DNA of 30,492 bases, from the NCBI GenBank assembly GCA_046570105.1, contig JBKHVI010000035.1, positions 1-30,492 of the forward strand, given 5' to 3'. A model generated the notes under the pieces. It saw only the letters and a list, made by a program, of their open reading frames with translations. It did no database searches and was not told the origin of the DNA. Shown here one piece after another: positions 25,605 to 30,492 of this stretch; position 1 is the stretch's first letter; every line of letters starts with the position of its first letter. Source of the DNA: Bacteriovoracia bacterium (GTDB lineage: Bacteria > Bdellovibrionota > Bacteriovoracia > Bacteriovoracales > Bacteriovoracaceae). Made by a program: the position numbers and the translations under genes.

Positions 25605-26435
25605 TTAACCAATCAATTTCAAAGCTTGTTGGCCGTTCATATTCGCCTGAGCGAGAACTGAAGTACCAGCAGACTGCAAGATACTATTGGTTGCTTGCTT
25701 AGCCGTCTCTTCAGCGTAGTCAACGTCACGGATACGTGAGTTAGCTGCGCTCAAGTTCTCTTGTGTCACCTGCAAGCTATTGCTGGTTGAAACAAGGCGG
25801 TTTTGCAAAGCTCCCAAGAAAGCTCGCTGACCTGACACTTTTTCAATCGCTGCATCCACGTTAGCAAGACTTGATTGTGCACCATCTTTCGTGCCCACTT
25901 CCAAACCTTCGACACCTAGATCACCGATTGTGGCATTAACTTGGCTGGCTTCGAATGAGATCTGTGAATTTTCATCGCCTTTCGAGCCGATTTGAAAATC
26001 AAGTTTCCCAGCTTCACCGTTCAAGAGCTTAATGCCGTTGAACTCAGTCACTTTAGAGATACGGTCCATTTCCTGTACCAGGTTTTGGTATTCCATATTC
26101 GTAAAGCCGCGCTCTACATCACTTACTGTGTCTGACGCTGATTGGATCGCCAATTCGCGGAGACGAGTGAGGATGTTTTGCGTTTCGTTCAAACCACCTT
26201 CTGCTACTTGCACCATACTAATACCGTCGTTGGCGTTACGATCTGCTTGTTTGATCGAGCGGATCTCGGCCTTCAACTTCTCACTAATCGCCATACCTGC
26301 TGCATCGTCGGCCGCTTTAGTAATTCGCTGACCAGAGCTTAGTTTCGAGAACGAAGACTCTTGCGCTTTACTTGTTTGACCTAGGCTGCGCTGTGCTGAC
26401 AATGACGGAACGTTCGTATTAATTCTAAAACCCAT
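25605..26435 (-). CDS. fliC: Flagellin (short, essentially D0/D1 only)
   Basis: RINTN, LSSGQRITKAADDAAG, NANDGIS, RLRELAIQSA, LGALQNRL, SRIRDVDYAEE and LAQAN motifs. Confidence 0.97.
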   Translation of the reverse strand: MGFRINTNVPSLSAQRSLGQTSKAQESSFSKLSSGQRITKAADDAAGMAISEKLKAEIRSIKQADRNANDGISMVQVAEGGLNETQNILTRLRELAIQSASDTVSDVERGFTNMEYQNLVQEMDRISKVTEFNGIKLLNGEAGKLDFQIGSKGDENSQISFEASQVNATIGDLGVEGLEVGTKDGAQSSLANVDAAIEKVSGQRAFLGALQNRLVSTSNSLQVTQENLSAANSRIRDVDYAEETAKQATNSILQSAGTSVLAQANMNGQQALKLIG

Positions 26436-26550
26436 AAACCTATCCTCCAGTTAAAAACATCCAAAACCTCCTTGATGGTCGCGAGTGTTCAGTTCGCGTG
26501 GGCTCCATGCCCTTCTTGATTAATTGACTACCTCACCATGAAGTAGTCGT
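26436..26550 (-). promoter_or_regulatory. Structured flagellin 5' UTR with CsrA-type GGA sites
   Basis: GGGC-ATGGA-GCCC hairpin (26500-26512), further AAGGA, TGGA and SD-overlapping GGAGGA; hairpin GACTAC...GTAGTC (26526-26548). Confidence 0.7.
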
Positions 26551-26562
26551 TGTTGACCTAGC

Positions 26563-26589
26563 GTTTCGGTATGTTTTTGGATAACCTGA
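26563..26589 (-). promoter_or_regulatory. Putative sigma28 (FliA) promoter of fliC
   Basis: TCAG-N15-ACCGAAAC versus consensus TAAA-N15-GCCGATAA. Confidence 0.6.
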
Positions 26590-26666
26590 GGAAAAATTTA
26601 CCTAAACCTGATAAGAATTCTTGATAAATTTCGAGGCGATTTTGTCAGGTATTTGCAAGTGTGCAG

Positions 26667-26695
26667 AAGGAGAGGAATATCCTCTCCTTATTTTT
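26667..26695. terminator. 10-bp hairpin downstream of the DegT gene, probable terminator
   Basis: AAGGAGAGGA-ATA-TCCTCTCCTT; the T-run (ATTTTT) lies on the plus strand, so orientation is ambiguous. Confidence 0.55.
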
Positions 26696-26724
26696 GAAAT
26701 CTTAAAAACTATTATTTTAAAATA

Positions 26725-27834
26725 TTATTTGTACTGGTTAACCGTGGTGATGACGTAATCGATTTCGGCCTGGGTCATATAAGCAAAACAGGGAAGGTTG
26801 ATCACTGATTTTGCAATCCAATCAGCATGACCGTGAGAAATTTTTCCACCCAAGAAATCTTTCGCGCCTGGTTGCTCACTCATCGCACCGGGATAAACAG
26901 TTCCGTAACCAATGTCATGCTTTTTCAAATACTCAATGAAAGGAGCACGCGATTCAGGAGTCATAAGTGCAACTGAAAGATAACCGTTCTCCCAAACGCT
27001 CGCAGCAGGTGCCACAAATTTCAAGAGAGGATTTTTAATTTTTTCACGGTACTGCTGGCATACGACACGACGACTATCTAGACGAGCATCAAGATGTTTA
27101 AGCGCTTCCACCATGAAACTGGCTTCATAAGCACCCAGGCGTGAGTTCCAGCCAATCAGGCCATGTTCATAGTGACCAGTGCGACCGTGGTTCAAAAGAA
27201 TCTGGGTGGTCTTAGCAATTTTCTCGTCTGTAGTGAACACACCACCAGCATCACCGCTGGCACCTAAAACTTTTGCTGGATAGAAGCTCGTTGTTGCCAC
27301 GTGAGCGTTGGTGAGAAGACTTTCTCCATTGATTTTTGTGCCAATCGCTTGGGCACAGTCCTCAATCAGAAGGACATTTTGCTCTTTACAGTATTTACGA
27401 ATCTCAAGTGTTTCAGGACAGGCCCAACCGTAGAGGTGAACCATTAAAAGGGCTTTGGGTTTGAACTTTTCAACGCCTTCTTTGACTGAGGCCAGAGTGA
27501 CGTGAAGAGTTTCACGAGAGACATCGATGGTGTAGGGAATAGCGCCGACGTTGACGATGGATTCGAAGGTGGCCCAGAAAGTCATGTCGGGAAGGAGCAC
27601 TTTATCATTCTTGTTCACACCAGCAGCACGAAGAGCAAGTTGAATCGCATCTGTTCCATTAGCGCAACCAAGCGCGAATTGGGTGTGAGTGTATTTTTTT
27701 AAAGCACCTTCAAATTCACCGACAACGGGGCCACCGACAAAGTGACCGTTTTTGATGAGTGCGGTGGTTTTTTCAGTCACGGTTTCGAAGAAGTTTTTTT
27801 CAAAACGGAGAATATCGATAAATGGAACTTTCAT
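26725..27834 (-). CDS. DegT/DnrJ/EryC1/StrS family PLP-dependent sugar aminotransferase
   Basis: CANGTDA, VHLYG, IEDCAQA and SFYPAKVLGASGDAG motifs. Confidence 0.92.
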   Translation of the reverse strand: MKVPFIDILRFEKNFFETVTEKTTALIKNGHFVGGPVVGEFEGALKKYTHTQFALGCANGTDAIQLALRAAGVNKNDKVLLPDMTFWATFESIVNVGAIPYTIDVSRETLHVTLASVKEGVEKFKPKALLMVHLYGWACPETLEIRKYCKEQNVLLIEDCAQAIGTKINGESLLTNAHVATTSFYPAKVLGASGDAGGVFTTDEKIAKTTQILLNHGRTGHYEHGLIGWNSRLGAYEASFMVEALKHLDARLDSRRVVCQQYREKIKNPLLKFVAPAASVWENGYLSVALMTPESRAPFIEYLKKHDIGYGTVYPGAMSEQPGAKDFLGGKISHGHADWIAKSVINLPCFAYMTQAEIDYVITTVNQYK

Positions 27835-27897
27835 GGTTTCCCTCTCTTGGATGGGGCCAGTTTACTCCCAAAAATGAAAAGAGGAAAACAAATTGAA

Positions 27898-28086
27898 TTA
27901 AGACTTTTTAGACTTTTGCGTGAGCCATAGCTCAATGATTTGAGCTGCTTTACGCGCCATGCGAGGGTCTGATTCAAGAAGGCCGTTGATTTTATTCTTC
28001 AAATCAATCACGGCCTTCTTTTCAGGAGAAGGTGAGTCCGCATAAAGCTTTTGATAGCTCGTTACGGGTTTCTTAAGAGCACCCAC
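27898..28086 (-). CDS. Small basic hypothetical protein (62 aa) with a FliF-C-like tail
   Basis: GTG 3 nt after the upstream stop; fills the gap between two minus-strand genes; amphipathic helices ending DPR....AAQIIELWL. Confidence 0.6.
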   Translation of the reverse strand: MGALKKPVTSYQKLYADSPSPEKKAVIDLKNKINGLLESDPRMARKAAQIIELWLTQKSKKS

Positions 28087-28089
28087 GTC

Positions 28090-28326
28090 TTAGACGGCTT
28101 CGGCCACACGTCCACGCTGTTTATTGCCAGCGACGCGCTCCATATGCTCTTCAATGATTTGGTAAAGCTCGAGTTTAGTTGTCTTTGGATCCATGCCTTC
28201 AGGCATAACAGAATAGATCATCTCGCCATTTGATTCGGCGAAAATGAACCAAGTGTTACCGATGCGCTGGAACAACACATCTTTGTGAACAGAGTGAGTA
28301 TTTTTCTTATTTGATTTTGTGCTCAT
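28090..28326 (-). CDS. Small hypothetical protein (78 aa)
   Basis: Strong AGGAGGAG SD before ATG 28326 (MSTKSNKK...); the ORF-track extension to 28443 is promoter/UTR. Confidence 0.75.
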   Translation of the reverse strand: MSTKSNKKNTHSVHKDVLFQRIGNTWFIFAESNGEMIYSVMPEGMDPKTTKLELYQIIEEHMERVAGNKQRGRVAEAV

Positions 28327-28405
28327 GTTTCTCCTCCTGAGAAAGCGTGGCGGACGTCCTGTCCGTCTTGCATCAAGCTTTTCGTCTCTGTGCGTCCAAA
28401 CTTTA
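28327..28405 (-). promoter_or_regulatory. Putative sigma28 promoter plus GGA-rich leader
   Basis: TAAA(28405-28402)-N15-GACGAAAA(28386-28379); leader contains ACGGA, a GGAC-AGGAC-GTCC hairpin and CAGGAGGA. Confidence 0.65.
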
Positions 28406-28455
28406 GACATTTTTTTCAATGACTGAAAAAAACTTTCGCACAATATCGGAGGATT

Positions 28456-29532
28456 TTAGTAGGACGAATGAAGGCCTACAGTTCCTGCGAAGGTAAAAGC
28501 GATACTGCTTCTAAAGCTATCACCCTTGCCTTCACCCCACCATTGCGAGCGATTGGTGGCAGTTTTGGCCTGTAAATCCATAGGAGATTCGATCTCGCCC
28601 CATAACCCTAAGGTAAAGTCGAGGTTCTGAAAGAACTTAACTCTCATCCATTGGCCTTCAAGCCTGGCGGCGCTATTCCAGCCGGTATACTGTCTGATTT
28701 CTTCGTCGCGACTGGAGCGATCGGTTTGGCGAATGCTTACTTGATTTAAAGGGTAGGCCAAGAGGATACCCTTGATGGTGATGCGGGCCTTTTCAGATCG
28801 CCAAGGATCATAGCTGATGAGTCCACCAGCTCCCAACCGAGTCCATTGCTCCTGAGCGACGCGTGTTTCTAAGCGGTATTCATTTTCCACTGTCCGGACT
28901 GTGATCATTCCTCCGACGTACCAACGACCAGATAGTTCACGATCAAGGACGCGCATCAGATGAGCATTGAATTCAAATTGATTACCGTAACCTTCGGAAG
29001 TAATCCTTTGGTTGTAGCGGTAGTTAGTGGTCTGCGGTGAGGTAAGTGAAAAACCAAATGAGCCACGAATTTTAGGAACGCGTGCGATCGGGTAGCCATC
29101 AGGGAGAGGTTCCAATAAGCGGTAATCAGTATTGTCTGGGTTAGCGGCTTTTTGTGAGAACTCACGAGGATCGCCGTACCAGATAGTGACATGCTCTCTC
29201 AGCATCCAAGCATCACGGCCCTGATTGTCCTTAGTTAGAACGAAATCAGAACCATCATGATAATTTTCAATGTCTTCAGTCAGTGAAAAGGGATCGTCTT
29301 TATCTTGCGTGCCGAGTTTGGTGTCTTCTGGGAGAGTACCGTAAGCGGTGCGATCAACGAGGACCAAAGGATGAATATAAACTTTTTCACCCTTATGAAC
29401 GTATTGAATGACATCAGCGTTGCGATTGGGTCTTTTAAAGAGTGGTGCTTCTAAAACATTCACCATGCCTTCAGCTGAAAAGACATTTCCACTGATTAGG
29501 ACACATATTGAAAGGATGAGTTTGCTTACCAT
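28456..29532 (-). CDS. Exported protein: SH3b-like N-domain plus probable outer-membrane beta-barrel
   Basis: Signal peptide ending VFS-A; APLFKRP...ADVIQYVHKGEKV SH3b-like segment; amphipathic strands; terminal Tyr. Confidence 0.55.
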   Translation of the reverse strand: MVSKLILSICVLISGNVFSAEGMVNVLEAPLFKRPNRNADVIQYVHKGEKVYIHPLVLVDRTAYGTLPEDTKLGTQDKDDPFSLTEDIENYHDGSDFVLTKDNQGRDAWMLREHVTIWYGDPREFSQKAANPDNTDYRLLEPLPDGYPIARVPKIRGSFGFSLTSPQTTNYRYNQRITSEGYGNQFEFNAHLMRVLDRELSGRWYVGGMITVRTVENEYRLETRVAQEQWTRLGAGGLISYDPWRSEKARITIKGILLAYPLNQVSIRQTDRSSRDEEIRQYTGWNSAARLEGQWMRVKFFQNLDFTLGLWGEIESPMDLQAKTATNRSQWWGEGKGDSFRSSIAFTFAGTVGLHSSY

Positions 29533-30491
29533 ACAAATCCTTGGGTGAAATGCAGACCAATTAAATCATTAGTAGATTCTGAGGGAGTTTTAGATACCGT
29601 CTCATCTTGGCTACGTAATTTGGGCCAATCACGTTGCCAAGAAACACCCCAGCTCCATTCACCAAAACGATTATTGAATACTCGCTCCCAACCTAGCACG
29701 GTAGTTGTCGTGCGCAGTAAAATTTCCTCACGATACTGAGAGGTTTGCAGCACCAATTGTCCAACAGGTCCAATGCGAAACTCACCCACTACACGCCAAG
29801 GAAATCCACCCCATTCAACGTTGGGTGATTTGGCGGCGACACCGAAAGAGTAGTTGCGATAACGGGCTTCGCCATTCTCGATTGTGTGCTGAGAATTTTC
29901 TAATTGCACGACAGCGCCGAGCTGAAATTTTCCACCCAAATTGGCCATGTAGCGGCCGCCAATCAGATAGCCTGTACCTGTGCGTGCACTGGTGTCGTTA
30001 ACAATGTCACTCGTCCAAACTGAATTGGTTAAACCAGCGCTTAACATAACTTCGGGATACCAACTTAAGTCTTTGTCGTAGGGAGAAATATTTTTGCGTT
30101 CTTTGACTTCGTTAAAGGAGCGCGGCTCTTCGTACATGACCAACTCATGATTGATGGGGAAAACCATGCGAGAGGCCACTCGATGCGTGATTTTTTTCTC
30201 TTTATTAACGATGTAGCAATTATCCTGCGCATCGGTCAGTTCATGAACCTCAACAATAATATTACGTTCAAGAATTTTTACTTCATTGGTTTTGAGATCG
30301 GTGAGCTGAGAAAGTCGCGGAATCGATTTTTGAATCAATCGACTCTTGGCAATCATCTCCATTGTAGCGCCCTGAACTGGGAGCGGGCGACGAGGTTCTT
30401 TGTAGATCGGAGCTTCACCAAAAGTGGGAGGAGGAAGAAACTTGTCTTCAACTTTTTGTAGCAACTGAGAATCAGGTTCAGTGGCAAAGCT
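29526..30491 (-). CDS. Partial (start beyond right edge) probable outer-membrane beta-barrel protein
   Basis: Frame stays open from 30464 to the window edge; alternating Gly/aromatic strands; ends IGLHFTQGFVW; overlaps the next gene's ATG. Confidence 0.55.
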   Translation of the reverse strand, partial: SFATEPDSQLLQKVEDKFLPPPTFGEAPIYKEPRRPLPVQGATMEMIAKSRLIQKSIPRLSQLTDLKTNEVKILERNIIVEVHELTDAQDNCYIVNKEKKITHRVASRMVFPINHELVMYEEPRSFNEVKERKNISPYDKDLSWYPEVMLSAGLTNSVWTSDIVNDTSARTGTGYLIGGRYMANLGGKFQLGAVVQLENSQHTIENGEARYRNYSFGVAAKSPNVEWGGFPWRVVGEFRIGPVGQLVLQTSQYREEILLRTTTTVLGWERVFNNRFGEWSWGVSWQRDWPKLRSQDETVSKTPSESTNDLIGLHFTQGFVW

Positions 30492-30492
30492 G

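Noticed and set aside
2370..30461. Many short ORFs in the track that overlap well-supported genes (e.g. 6019-6477, 6823-7170, 17976-20363 plus-strand set, 21171-21580, 26032-26342, 30147-30461)
   Set aside because: Antisense or alternate-frame shadows of genes with clear motifs; they show no recognisable domains of their own.

Overview
A 30.5-kb bacterial chromosome segment, most likely from a Bdellovibrionota (Bacteriovoracia-like) organism. That assignment is inferred from the short 276-aa flagellin, the style of the secreted hypotheticals and the gene content, not from a database search. Left to right: a partial membrane-anchored gene; an AT-rich DUF6516(TumE-type)/HTH toxin-antitoxin-like pair; an LPS/envelope region (O-antigen ligase, two GT9, GT4, GT2, ugd, APH-fold kinase) interleaved with ppk2, a DUF1640 coiled-coil gene carrying 54-bp repeats behind a sigma54-type promoter, an SDR/cNMP-binding/queC run, a nitroreductase and a secreted C39-like cysteine peptidase candidate; a small accessory island (15767-17700); a SWIM-SNF2 helicase; trmB-dnaG-rpoD; a sigma28/CsrA-type flagellin locus; a DegT aminotransferase; two small sigma28-type genes; and two putative outer-membrane beta-barrel genes. 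The most unusual element is the island. It holds a HEPN (HI0074-type) toxin coupled to a minimal nucleotidyltransferase antitoxin that is fused in frame, through a Cys/His motif, to a signal-less lytic transglycosylase (SLT) domain, followed by a convergent orphan gene. Other leads are a 62-aa protein resembling the FliG-binding tail of FliF, several apparently leaderless genes, and a recurring widely spaced intergenic inverted motif. No rRNA, tRNA, CRISPR array or transposase was seen.
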